DNA from: Candidatus Caccoplasma merdavium
Lineage (GTDB): Bacteria > Bacteroidota > Bacteroidia > Bacteroidales > UBA11471
NCBI GenBank assembly: GCA_018715595.1
Contig: DVLI01000026.1
Location: 65,966 to 129,965 of the forward strand
DNA: 64,000 nucleotides
Direction of reading: 5' to 3'
The notes under the pieces are model-generated. The model was given only the letters and a program-made list of their open reading frames with translations, was not told where the DNA came from and searched no databases. The position numbers and the translations under genes were made by a program. Of the stretch, positions 36,773-46,038 are shown piece by piece; the stretch's first letter is position 1; each line of letters begins with the position of its first letter.

Positions 36773-39700
36773 CTATTTTAAAGAGTTTTTAGATTTTGTG
36801 AGGCAGGAGAGTGGGCCCAAGGAATCCCTGTGTGCGGCAAGTCGGCCATCGATATAGATGCTCAATCCCTTGCCCTGATGGTAGCGGTTCCCGTGTCTGT
36901 CCCACGAAATGGTGAGATTATGGCCTTTGTAACGCACGTTGTCGAGGCAGAAATAGTCCCACGCATTTTCGGGTACGAGCGGATTGATTTCTATCCGTTC
37001 GTCGGCGCATGGACGCAAACCGACGAGTCCGGTGATGACCAGGTCGTTTAATGTCGAGTGGTTGTAGTATCGGCTGCGTTCTTGTTCTCCTTTGAGCCAG
37101 TAACCGGTGACTTCGTCGAGATACTCTCCGATATAGGGACGGCCGTGGAAATAATGCGATTGTGCATATAATTTGAACTGTTCGAACCACGTCTCCCGGC
37201 TTACTGCGCTTTCACCGGGTTGGCTGTTGAGATAATTGGCCAACGCCGTGAGGGTCTGCGACGTGGCAAACGGCCATATCGGGCCATTCCATTCACAACT
37301 GGCTTTGAAATAGGCTCTGAATTGCGGGTGCCGCCGCTCTGCTGTCGTGAGGCCAAATGGCGCCGAGAAACCTTCGGGGTCGGTTATTTGCAGCCATGCC
37401 GAGTCGTATCGGTTGGGCGAGGGGAGGCCGAAATACCATGGCGTGTATCCGATGGCTTCTCGCACTTGGGCGAGGGTGTCGCCTCGACGTGTTTCAAAGA
37501 AGTTGTGACGGGGATTCCATAACAGTGTCTCGACCAACTGCTTCAAGGTATCGGCTTTTTCGGCGTAAAGGGTACTGTCCTGGTCTCCCGTCAGCCGGCA
37601 CACTTCGGCGATGGCCGAGGCATTCCCGTACATATAGGAGGAGATGGTGGGGCGGGCATACTGTTTCTTGCGCCCTCCGCTGATGCTCTCTTCCATGGCA
37701 TCTTGCACGTCGCTTTGCCAATAGAGCCCGCTGGGTAGGCGATGGGTGGTTTCCCACCAGGTGTATTCGCTTTTCATGTCGGGCAACAGGCCGGCTATGA
37801 ACGTGCTGTCGCCGGTTACAAGGAAACTTTGATAGAGGGCGTAAGGTGTCCACGAGCTGAAATTCTTCATGCGTTCCAAGGGTTTCCCGTCATTGCCCCG
37901 GTACCAGGTGCGGATTATTTGATGCAGGTAGCAGGTGTCTCTCAACCACCGCGTCTCGTGTATGTGGTGTCCTAAGGCGCTCGATATGAGATTGTAGCGG
38001 TCGGCATAGGAGCGGGGAACGAGAAATTCGGTCATGGCATATCCGACAGGGGTCTCCTTGATGTGCTTCCGCAATGTCCACCAACGGTAATAATATATCT
38101 CTTCGATGTTTGCATCGGGACATTCAAACAGCGGGATATTCTCTTCGAGCCATTCGGCCGACCGGCTGTTGGGTATGGCCTGCACGATGTTTTCGTCTTC
38201 CATGCGGTTGAACCGTTCGACATGGTGCCGAAAGTCGTCGAAGTCGAGCAGGCAGGTTGTGCGGTCGCCTTCGGCACAAAGTCGGGCTATGCGGTAAATG
38301 GCCGCGGCATTTTCCTTCCCTGCATCATCGAGATCGAAGTCCTGGTCGGCCGGTGTGTCGGGTGTAGGCATGGCGTTTACCGCACCGGTGCGGAATATAA
38401 TGCGCTCGATGGTCGAAACCGGAGCAAAAAACATGCGGGTCGTTTTTTTCTTGCCATTGATTGACACGGTGTAGTTGCGATTCTCGACCGAGAGCGACAC
38501 CTCAACATGATACACTTGTCCCGGCTCGTATTTCCCCATTTGGGAATATCGTGCACCCCCTTTGGCCCGGAGGATACTGTCGGTGAGCTCGATTCGGGCG
38601 CATGGTGTGCCTTTGGCATCGGCGAAGTCGATTTGCAGGTTCCCGTGACCCGTTTGTTCGGCCATGAGGTCAAACGCGACTTTCAGGGTGTGGCTTTCGG
38701 GCACTTTCCTTTCGGCCAACGCATAGGAAAACGGGTCTCTGTCGGTAAGCGTGAGCCATTGCCGGCCGGCTTTGTTTTCGAGTGCGACAGGGGTGCAAAT
38801 GCCTGTGTAGAGGTTCCATTCGCGCAAATCCGACATGCGGGTGGCTGAGCTTATATCGTCTTGCACATACTTGGTCACCTCTTCCCGCACAGGTACAGGA
38901 ATGTGGGTAATCCACATATCTTCTTTCCCCACGCTGTATGAGACCCAAAGGTCGCCGTCGGGAGGGGTGCCGTTGCCGGGTAATATGCCGCGGGCGTATT
39001 GGGGACCGAAACTTTTGTAATTACCTCCATACCGTATTGGGGGAACGATGCCGTGTATAAGATTCAGGGTCGTGTATTCGAGCCCGTCGCTGCTTAGCGA
39101 GATAGCCAGCGGCCAGCGGTATTCGGCCGGATTATATACGGTTGCATAACTTCCGTCGCTGAGCCGTTGACCCCATATCTTGGCATTGCTGTTTACAAAC
39201 CCCGAGGCACGCATGACCGGTTGTTGCCAAGTCTCGCCGCCGTCGTCACTGATGGAGGTGAGGGCGTGTTTCCATAATCCCACGATGCGGTTGTCGGGCA
39301 GGTAGTAGTAGCAGAAAGCCTTGTATGGATTTTTCAACGGGAGCATGGGGTCATTGCGGTCGGCCTCTTCGACCATTTGCATGCGATAGAGCGGATTGTC
39401 CATCATCTCCCGACAAGCCTTTACAAAACCTTTGTCGCGTGAACGGGTGTAGAACGGGTAATCGCTATTCTTCTCGTTGAAGTCGTGATTGTAGTAAACG
39501 AAATAGATGGGGCCGAACGTCCCGTCTCGCTTTATCTCACGCACGACGCGGCCTATGCCGTTGCCGTCGTTCGGATCGTCTTTGGGGTCAAGGGCGATGC
39601 CATAGTTGCCGGTGGCAAGCAACCGGCCGTTTGAGGCGACAAAGAATCCTACGCGCTGGTGCATGATGGCCGTCAGATGGTGCGCTTTGCCGGGACGTCC

Positions 39701-40099
39701 CGCCTTGGTAAAGCCTTCGGGAACTTTGTAGGTGGGGAAGAGGACGACGGGGGCTTCCCATGTATAACCGTCTTTCGATGTCATCAGCATGGTGCGCGAC
39801 GGGGGAATGTGCTCATCGGTGCTGTCGCACAGGAAATGTACGTAGAAGCGTCCGTTCCAATAACACATCATCGGTTGATGGTTGTAGGTCCACCCGTAGT
39901 TGTAGGCCGCCGTTACGCTGTCGCGGTTGGCACGCAGAAGCTGTATGTTGTGCACACCGACTGCCGGCGAAAGTTGCCCGTCGTGGAAATAGGGGTTTGA
40001 CCGCACGTCACCGGTGTAGTGTACTTGGTCCTGCGACGACTGTGCCCATACGCACCCCAACGACATTCCCAGAAAAAAGATGAGTAAAGCGTGTTTCAT
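36773..40099 (-). CDS. multidomain glycoside hydrolase: N-terminal sialidase-like beta-propeller, central beta-sandwich, C-terminal (alpha/alpha)6-type module (GH143-GH142-like)
   Basis: Trimmed to MKHALLIFFLGMSLGCVWAQ. The N-terminal ~430 aa carry Asp-box-like motifs (TSKDGYTW, SDDGGETW, SSDGLEY). The C-terminal ~480 aa (YYYRWWTLRKHIKETP..., WNGPIWPFATSQT...) look like a six-hairpin glycosidase. This architecture matches my recollection of BT1020. Confidence 0.6.
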   Translation of the reverse strand: MKHALLIFFLGMSLGCVWAQSSQDQVHYTGDVRSNPYFHDGQLSPAVGVHNIQLLRANRDSVTAAYNYGWTYNHQPMMCYWNGRFYVHFLCDSTDEHIPPSRTMLMTSKDGYTWEAPVVLFPTYKVPEGFTKAGRPGKAHHLTAIMHQRVGFFVASNGRLLATGNYGIALDPKDDPNDGNGIGRVVREIKRDGTFGPIYFVYYNHDFNEKNSDYPFYTRSRDKGFVKACREMMDNPLYRMQMVEEADRNDPMLPLKNPYKAFCYYYLPDNRIVGLWKHALTSISDDGGETWQQPVMRASGFVNSNAKIWGQRLSDGSYATVYNPAEYRWPLAISLSSDGLEYTTLNLIHGIVPPIRYGGNYKSFGPQYARGILPGNGTPPDGDLWVSYSVGKEDMWITHIPVPVREEVTKYVQDDISSATRMSDLREWNLYTGICTPVALENKAGRQWLTLTDRDPFSYALAERKVPESHTLKVAFDLMAEQTGHGNLQIDFADAKGTPCARIELTDSILRAKGGARYSQMGKYEPGQVYHVEVSLSVENRNYTVSINGKKKTTRMFFAPVSTIERIIFRTGAVNAMPTPDTPADQDFDLDDAGKENAAAIYRIARLCAEGDRTTCLLDFDDFRHHVERFNRMEDENIVQAIPNSRSAEWLEENIPLFECPDANIEEIYYYRWWTLRKHIKETPVGYAMTEFLVPRSYADRYNLISSALGHHIHETRWLRDTCYLHQIIRTWYRGNDGKPLERMKNFSSWTPYALYQSFLVTGDSTFIAGLLPDMKSEYTWWETTHRLPSGLYWQSDVQDAMEESISGGRKKQYARPTISSYMYGNASAIAEVCRLTGDQDSTLYAEKADTLKQLVETLLWNPRHNFFETRRGDTLAQVREAIGYTPWYFGLPSPNRYDSAWLQITDPEGFSAPFGLTTAERRHPQFRAYFKASCEWNGPIWPFATSQTLTALANYLNSQPGESAVSRETWFEQFKLYAQSHYFHGRPYIGEYLDEVTGYWLKGEQERSRYYNHSTLNDLVITGLVGLRPCADERIEINPLVPENAWDYFCLDNVRYKGHNLTISWDRHGNRYHQGKGLSIYIDGRLAAHRDSLGPLSCLTKSKNSLK

Positions 40100-40270
40100 G
40101 ATATATCTTGGCAAGGTAAAGATATTCAGAAAATCGCTATCTCGCCAACATTGAAATGTAAAAATTTCCGGGTTTTTATTTTTTTATTAATTAAGTGGAA
40201 TTTCTGCCCGCCGTCTGGTCAAAAAGTGAAACTCATTGATATTATTTGCTTTTGTAAGGACAATCCGAGA

Positions 40271-40307
40271 CAAAAAATCCCCGACGAAATTTCTTTCGAG
40301 GGGGATT
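40271..40307 (-). terminator. intrinsic terminator after nfo
   Basis: The minus strand reads AATCCCCCTCGAAAGAAATTTCGTCGGGGATTTTTTG. Confidence 0.65.
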
Positions 40308-40354
40308 ATGGGGAGTGGGACGATGAGTCGAGGGGAGAATTTGCAGTTGTGAAC

Positions 40355-41206
40355 TCAACGGGTCGCCGGAACCATCTTTTTGAGCAAGGCGATTTCGTCG
40401 GGCCAGCGGCTTTCGTCGGGCGTTTCGAGAATGAGCGGGATATTGTCGAATCGGGGGTCGGCCATGATTCGTTCAAACAAGCCGATGCCCAAAGTGCCTT
40501 CGCCCAACACTTCGTGACGGTCAACGTGGGAATCGAGTCCTTTTTTGGAATCGTTGATATGCATGCCGCGGAGGTAATGTAAGCCTACGATGGCATCGAG
40601 AGCGGCGAAGGTCTTTTCAAAACCTTCGGCCGTGATGAGGTCATATCCACCGGCCAAGGCATGACAGGTGTCGATGCAGATGCCCACGCGGCTTTTGTCT
40701 TCGACCTTGTCGATGATATGGGCGAGGTGCTCAAAGCGGAAACCCACGTTCGAACCCTGCCCGGCCGTGTTCTCAATAACCGCCGTTACTCCTTTGGTCT
40801 TGTCGAGAGCCCGGTTTATCGATTCGGCAATGCGGTCGAGACAGGCTTCGACACTTATCTCTTTGAGATGTGAACCCGGGTGGAAGTTGAGCCGATCGAG
40901 CCCCAGTTGTTCGCAACGTTGCATCTCATCGAGAAACGCAGCCCGCGATTTTTCGAGACCTTCGCTTTGCGGGTGACCCAGATTGATGAGATAACTGTCG
41001 TGCGGGAGAATCTGTTGCGGAGTGTAGCCATAGGCTTGGCATCTTTTCTTAAAGAGGACGATGCTTTTCTCCGACAGCGGGGGGGCAACCCATTGCCGTT
41101 GGTTCTTGGTAAAAAGAGCAAATGCGGTTGCTCCTATGAGGTGCGCGTTTTCGGGGGCATTCTCTACGCCTCCCGACGCGCTGACGTGTGCGCCGATGTA
41201 TTTCAT
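40355..41206 (-). CDS. nfo: endonuclease IV (AP endonuclease)
   Basis: 283 aa with [28 protein letters not shown] and [13 protein letters not shown], the Zn-ligand motifs of the Nfo family. Confidence 0.92.
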   Translation of the reverse strand: MKYIGAHVSASGGVENAPENAHLIGATAFALFTKNQRQWVAPPLSEKSIVLFKKRCQAYGYTPQQILPHDSYLINLGHPQSEGLEKSRAAFLDEMQRCEQLGLDRLNFHPGSHLKEISVEACLDRIAESINRALDKTKGVTAVIENTAGQGSNVGFRFEHLAHIIDKVEDKSRVGICIDTCHALAGGYDLITAEGFEKTFAALDAIVGLHYLRGMHINDSKKGLDSHVDRHEVLGEGTLGIGLFERIMADPRFDNIPLILETPDESRWPDEIALLKKMVPATR

Positions 41207-41242
41207 GTCGGGGTGGTTTACGATTTATGATTCATACTTGGA

Positions 41243-41250
41243 CAAAGGTA
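41243..41250 (-). promoter_or_regulatory. -7 promoter box TACCTTTG (nfo)
   Basis: The reverse complement of caaaggta lies 37 bp upstream of the ATG at 41206. Confidence 0.45.
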
Positions 41251-41327
41251 AGAAATAAAATGCGAAAGGCGGATTGTTATCTTACCGAAATTGTGGATTC
41301 CACATGTGACTTGCCGACCGACACTTC

Positions 41328-41753
41328 CTATTCGGCATGCCGGTTTTTCCACCAAAAGAAAACAAATCGTGCACCGGTAAGGATAAGAGCCAGGGAGAGC
41401 CCCGTGTAAAATACGGCGATGAATATGTCGGGAAGCAAGGAGCGTTGGCGAATGACAATACCCATCGTCATCATGGCGGTCATGATAATCCAGCCTTTGA
41501 CATCAAAAAAGGCAAACGGACAATTCTTCTCTTTTTTCTGGCGAATGCGTCGGGTATGTTTCAGGTACAGTCGGTTGAAGATAAATGCGAAAAACACGAT
41601 AAAGACAGCCGTGGCCTCCAATATTTTATATACCCAGTAATGGGTGGTCCCGAGCCAACAGCCGATGCCGATGCGTAAAATGTTCGCTCCGGCAATGAGC
41701 CAAACCAGGCCGGCTGTGATGAGAAGCGTGTTCCGTGAAACTCCGAATGTCAT
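41328..41753 (-). CDS. small integral membrane protein (4 predicted TM helices), unknown function
   Basis: The 235-aa track ORF is trimmed to MTFGVSRNTLLITAGLVWLIAG..., because the upstream 94 codons are hydrophilic and low-quality and run into the divergent promoter region. There are four hydrophobic stretches. Confidence 0.55.
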   Translation of the reverse strand: MTFGVSRNTLLITAGLVWLIAGANILRIGIGCWLGTTHYWVYKILEATAVFIVFFAFIFNRLYLKHTRRIRQKKEKNCPFAFFDVKGWIIMTAMMTMGIVIRQRSLLPDIFIAVFYTGLSLALILTGARFVFFWWKNRHAE

Positions 41754-42014
41754 TTGATAGGATTTCTTTTGAAATAAGACGAAACAAAGATACACATTCA
41801 TTTGCCTGTGCCCATACCTTTCTCGTATATTTGTGGAATCAAGGTACGCCCCGACAGCGTCCGGTCGAAAACTTTCTCTCCTTCTTTGTCTCTGCATTTG
41901 ACTTTTCGTATATTTGCCTGTGATAGAAAGAGCCTTGGCAAAGGTCTCGAATGAGTCCGACGGTTTGCTTTCGGCTTTATCATTATGTTTGAACCGATTA
42001 AATGCAATGTTCAT

Positions 42015-43190
42015 ATGAATAACTTTACTTTTCACGCTCCCACCGAATTCGTTTTCGGGAAAGATGTCGAAAACAAGACGGGCGTTTTATGCCAAAAATA
42101 TGGCGCTACCAAGGTCCTGATCGTCTATGGCGGAGGCTCGGTGGTGCGAAGCGGCCTGTTGCAACGGGTGAAGCAAGTGTTAGATGATGCGCGAATCCCT
42201 TTTGCCGAGTTGGGAGGCATTCAACCCAATCCGACCGACCCGAAGGTGTATGAAGGCATAGAAATCTGCCGCAGAGAATCGGTCGATATGTTGTTGGCCG
42301 TGGGCGGAGGTTCGGTTATCGACACGGCAAAGGCTATTGCGGCAGGAGTCCCGTATGCCGGAGATTTTTGGGGTTTCTTTGTCGGAAAAGCTGTCGTGAA
42401 GGAAGCTCTGAAAGTAGGGGTTGTCCTGACTATACCGGCTGCCGGCAGTGAAGGCTCGGGAAATAGTGTAATCACCAAACTCGATGGCCTGCAAAAATTG
42501 AGCTTGCGCACCCCCGACGCCTTGCGCCCCGTGTTTGCCATTATGAATCCCGAACTCACCTACACGTTGCCCCCTTATCAGACGGCATGCGGCGTTGTGG
42601 ATATGATGGCACACATCATGGAGCGATATTTTTCCAATACCACGGGAGTGGAGATTACCGACCGGCTGTGCGAAGGGGCTCTGAAAGCCATCATCGAGGT
42701 GGCTCCGCATGTGATGGAAAATCCGACCGATTACGATGCGCGAGCCAATCTCATGTGGTGCGGCACGATTGCCCACAATGGCATCTGCGGTGTGGGACGC
42801 GAAGAAGACTGGGCGTCACATTTCATGGAACATGAGATAAGCGCGGTTTACAATGTGACACACGGTGCCGGACTGGCCGTTGTCTTCCCGGCCTGGCTGA
42901 CATTCATGGCCGAGCATCACCCCGGGAAAGTTGGCCAGTTTGCCGAGCGGGTTTGGAATATCACGCCGGCCGGTACGCCGCGTGAGACCGCCCTTGAAGG
43001 AATCGCCTGCCTTAAAAATTTCTTCGCCTCGATAGGCATGCCCACATCTTTTGCCCAACTCGGCATCGAGCACCCCGATATAGATTTGCTGGTGGAAAAA
43101 CTCCATCACAACAAAGGCGAGCTTGTCGGGGCATATTACAAACTCTCCCCCGACGATAGCCGCCGCATCTACGAAATAGCTTGCCGCTAA
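42015..43190 (+). CDS. iron-containing (group III) alcohol dehydrogenase, butanol dehydrogenase-like
   Basis: Trimmed to MNNFTFHAPTEFVFGKD. It has the GGGSVIDTAKAIA NAD(P) motif and metal-site histidines (HIMERYF, HEISAVYNVTHGAGLA). Confidence 0.88.
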   Translation: MNNFTFHAPTEFVFGKDVENKTGVLCQKYGATKVLIVYGGGSVVRSGLLQRVKQVLDDARIPFAELGGIQPNPTDPKVYEGIEICRRESVDMLLAVGGGSVIDTAKAIAAGVPYAGDFWGFFVGKAVVKEALKVGVVLTIPAAGSEGSGNSVITKLDGLQKLSLRTPDALRPVFAIMNPELTYTLPPYQTACGVVDMMAHIMERYFSNTTGVEITDRLCEGALKAIIEVAPHVMENPTDYDARANLMWCGTIAHNGICGVGREEDWASHFMEHEISAVYNVTHGAGLAVVFPAWLTFMAEHHPGKVGQFAERVWNITPAGTPRETALEGIACLKNFFASIGMPTSFAQLGIEHPDIDLLVEKLHHNKGELVGAYYKLSPDDSRRIYEIACR

Positions 43191-43213
43191 TCTCACAAAC
43201 AAGAGTCTTCCCG

Positions 43214-43957
43214 ATGTTGAGTAAAAACAAAATAAAATTTATTCAGTCTCTCGACCGCAAGAAAGTCCGTACCGAATGCGGCTGCTTCTTGGCCGAAGGG
43301 AATAAATTGGTCGAAGATACACTCCCGGCGTTCACTTGCCGGCTATTGGTCGCCACTGCCGAGTGGTTACAACAGCACCCCGGTGTGCGAGCTGGTGAGA
43401 TACTTGAATGCAGTCCCGACGAGATTGCCCGGGCTTCATTGATGCGCTCGCCGCAAGATGTGTTGGCTGTGTATGAGATGCCTCGTCATGATTTGCAGGC
43501 CGACGTGTTGTCACGACAGTTGGTATTGGCTCTTGATACCGTGCAAGACCCGGGCAACTTGGGAACGATTGTACGCATTGCCGACTGGTATGGCATAGAG
43601 GATATTCTCTGTTCGCCGCTCTGTGCCGACCTGTATAATCCCAAGGTGGTGCAGGCTACCATGGGAGCATTGGCTCGTGTGAGGGTGCATTATGTCGACC
43701 TTGTTGAGTTCCTGCCCCGAATCGGGACACCTATATACGGGACATTCCTTGATGGACAAAATATTTATGGACAATCGCTTACCCCGACAGGCATTATCGT
43801 GATGGGAAACGAGGGGAACGGCATCTCACCGGAGGTGAGGAAGCTGGTGACGCATTCCCTGTTTCTTCCCAGTTATCCCCCGGAACGGATTACCTCGGAA
43901 TCGCTCAATGTCGCAATAGCCACAGCCGTAGTGTGTGCCGAGTTCCGCCGTCGGTGA
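43214..43957 (+). CDS. TrmH/SpoU-family RNA 2-prime-O-methyltransferase
   Basis: Trimmed to MLSKNKIKFIQSL. SPOUT motifs are DPGNLGTIVRIA, VMGNEGNGIS and SLNVAIATAV. Confidence 0.85.
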   Translation: MLSKNKIKFIQSLDRKKVRTECGCFLAEGNKLVEDTLPAFTCRLLVATAEWLQQHPGVRAGEILECSPDEIARASLMRSPQDVLAVYEMPRHDLQADVLSRQLVLALDTVQDPGNLGTIVRIADWYGIEDILCSPLCADLYNPKVVQATMGALARVRVHYVDLVEFLPRIGTPIYGTFLDGQNIYGQSLTPTGIIVMGNEGNGISPEVRKLVTHSLFLPSYPPERITSESLNVAIATAVVCAEFRRR

Positions 43958-43971
43958 TTCTTGCCCTTATA

Positions 43972-44015
43972 TGAATTGAGCCGGAAGGAACAATCTCTTC
44001 CGGCTCAATTCATTT
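43972..44015. terminator. bidirectional intrinsic terminator
   Basis: A perfect 16-bp stem, TGAATTGAGCCGGAAG-(9-nt loop)-CTTCCGGCTCAATTCA, lies between convergent genes. Confidence 0.8.
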
Positions 44016-44033
44016 CGTCATTTATGATGGTTA

Positions 44034-44828
44034 TTAAAGACCTTTCTCTTTGGCTTCGTCCCACAAGTGGTCCATTTCGTCGAGGGTCATTTCTTTCAAG
44101 TTGCGGCCTTGTTCCTTGGCTGCCGCCTCGACGTAATTGAATCGACGGATAAATTTCTGATTTGTCCGTTCAAGAGCATTTTCGGGATTGATTTTATAGA
44201 GCCGGGCGGCATTGATGAGACTGAACAGCAAATCGCCGAACTCCGCTTCTCTTTCGCCTTCGTCACTGTCTTTTGCGGCGGCTTCAAATTCGGCAATTTC
44301 CTCGCGCACCTTCTCCCACACATCTTCACGCACCTCCCAGTCGAAGCCTACGTTACGGGCTTTCTCTTGTATGCGGCATGCCTTGATGAGTGCCGGCAAC
44401 GCCGTAGGTACTCCGGCGAGAACGGTCTTGTTGCCCCCTTTCTCTTTCAGTTTGAGGGCTTCCCAGTTCTGCTCTACCTGTCCCGAGGTAGAAACCTGGG
44501 CCGTCCCGAAGACATGCGGGTGGCGATAGATGAGTTTTTCACACAGCGCGTCGCACACGTCGGCGATGTCGTAGAGATTTTTCTCTTCACCTATTTTGGC
44601 ATAAAATGCGATGTGCAGAAGCACGTCGCCCAACTCTTTTTTTATCGACACCGGGTCGTTGTTGGTGATGGCTTCGCATAGTTCATAGGTCTCTTCGATG
44701 GTGTTGGCCCGCAACGATTCGTTGGTCTGCTTGCGGTCCCACGGGCATTTCAGACGCAATTCATCGAGAACATCGAGGAAGCGGCCGAATGCTGCGCATT
44801 TTTCTTCTTTGCTATGTTGTGTAGGCAT
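44034..44828 (-). CDS. mazG: nucleoside triphosphate pyrophosphohydrolase MazG
   Basis: Trimmed to MPTQHSKEEKCAAFGRFLDVLDELRLKCPWDRKQT. It has tandem MazG EExxE motifs (IEETYELCEA, REEIAEFEAA). A TACCTTTG box lies 25 bp upstream. Confidence 0.88.
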   Translation of the reverse strand: MPTQHSKEEKCAAFGRFLDVLDELRLKCPWDRKQTNESLRANTIEETYELCEAITNNDPVSIKKELGDVLLHIAFYAKIGEEKNLYDIADVCDALCEKLIYRHPHVFGTAQVSTSGQVEQNWEALKLKEKGGNKTVLAGVPTALPALIKACRIQEKARNVGFDWEVREDVWEKVREEIAEFEAAAKDSDEGEREAEFGDLLFSLINAARLYKINPENALERTNQKFIRRFNYVEAAAKEQGRNLKEMTLDEMDHLWDEAKEKGL

Positions 44829-44852
44829 GGAATGGAGTATAAGAAACAGATA

Positions 44853-44860
44853 CAAAGGTA
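44853..44860 (-). promoter_or_regulatory. -7 promoter box TACCTTTG (mazG)
   Basis: The reverse complement of caaaggta lies 25 bp upstream of the ATG at 44828. Confidence 0.45.
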
Positions 44861-44955
44861 GGAATTTCTTGCCGATGAGCCAACGCACAATGATTAATAG
44901 ATAAAAAATGACATCATCAATTTCTAAAACCGTCGATTTTCTCAAATAATATCCG

Positions 44956-44963
44956 TATTTTTG
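44956..44963 (+). promoter_or_regulatory. -7 promoter box TATTTTTG (nrnA operon)
   Basis: Matches TAnnTTTG, 27 bp upstream of the ATG at 44990. Confidence 0.45.
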
Positions 44964-44989
44964 CAAACTTACAAACCGTATGTGCCTTT

Positions 44990-46030
44990 ATGATTCCCAA
45001 AATATTGACAAAAACCGAAGCCGATGCCATCAGTCGCTGCATCGATGAGGCAAAACGTATCGTCATCGTTTGCCATGTTGCTCCCGATGGTGATGCCATA
45101 GGCTCTTCCTTGGCGTTGTGGCATACATTGACCGATTTAGGGAAAGATGCCTATGTCATTGTGCCCGATGCCTATCCGGCCAGTATGCGCTTTTTGAAGG
45201 GGTGCAAGGAAATCCTTGTATATACCCGTTACACCGAGTTCGCGCAGCGGCTCATGGCGAGTGCCGATTTGATTTTCTGTCTCGACTTCAACGAGCCGAA
45301 GCGGGTCGATTTGATGGAACCTTCATTGACGGCCTCTCCGGCAAAGAAAATATTGATAGACCATCACTTGGACCCCGTCCCGTTTTGTGACATTACCGTT
45401 TCACACCCCGAGATTTCGTCGAGTTGTGAAGTGTTGTTCCGGGTCATTTGCAGTTTGGGCCTGTTTGAGCAGATGAGCCTCGATGCGGCATCGGCCATCT
45501 ACACCGGCATGATGACCGACACGGGAAATTTTACTTATAATTCGAATTATCCCGAAATATACATAACCATCGCCGAGTTGATAAAAAAAGGTATCGACAA
45601 AGATTGGATATATGGTCGCATACACAATACCAACAGCGAGAACAAACTCCGTCTTAACGGATATGCCCTTTCTCAAAAAATGGAGGTTTTCCCCGAGCAA
45701 AAGGCCGCCGTCATTACGCTCTCGCAGGAAGAGCTCAACCGGTATAGTTACCAGAAAGGTGATACCGAGGGCCTTGTGAACGTGCCGCTCTCGATGGAAC
45801 ACATTCTCTTCTCGGCGTTCTTGCGTGAAGAATCGAACCTGATAAAAATATCGTTGCGTTCCAAAGGTTCGTTCCCGGCCAATAAAATCGCGTCGGATTA
45901 CTTCAACGGTGGTGGCCACTTGAATGCTGCCGGAGGTGAGTTTTATGGAACCTTGCAGGAAGCACATGACATGATGCTCAAAATATTACCGGTTATCGGA
46001 GAATTAGCGACACAATCTCAAAATCAATAA
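44990..46030 (+). CDS. nrnA: DHH-family phosphoesterase (oligoribonuclease / pAp phosphatase NrnA-like)
   Basis: DHH motifs VCHVAPDGDAIGS, LDFN and IDHH, plus the DHHA1 motif GGGHLNAAGG. Confidence 0.85.
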   Translation: MIPKILTKTEADAISRCIDEAKRIVIVCHVAPDGDAIGSSLALWHTLTDLGKDAYVIVPDAYPASMRFLKGCKEILVYTRYTEFAQRLMASADLIFCLDFNEPKRVDLMEPSLTASPAKKILIDHHLDPVPFCDITVSHPEISSSCEVLFRVICSLGLFEQMSLDAASAIYTGMMTDTGNFTYNSNYPEIYITIAELIKKGIDKDWIYGRIHNTNSENKLRLNGYALSQKMEVFPEQKAAVITLSQEELNRYSYQKGDTEGLVNVPLSMEHILFSAFLREESNLIKISLRSKGSFPANKIASDYFNGGGHLNAAGGEFYGTLQEAHDMMLKILPVIGELATQSQNQ

Positions 46031-46038
46031 TAAATCCT

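Noticed and set aside
40091-40582. 163-aa plus-strand ORF between the GH operon and nfo
   Set aside because: Its 3-prime half is antisense to nfo, and its 5-prime half covers the GH-operon promoter region and the nfo terminator. It has no motifs.
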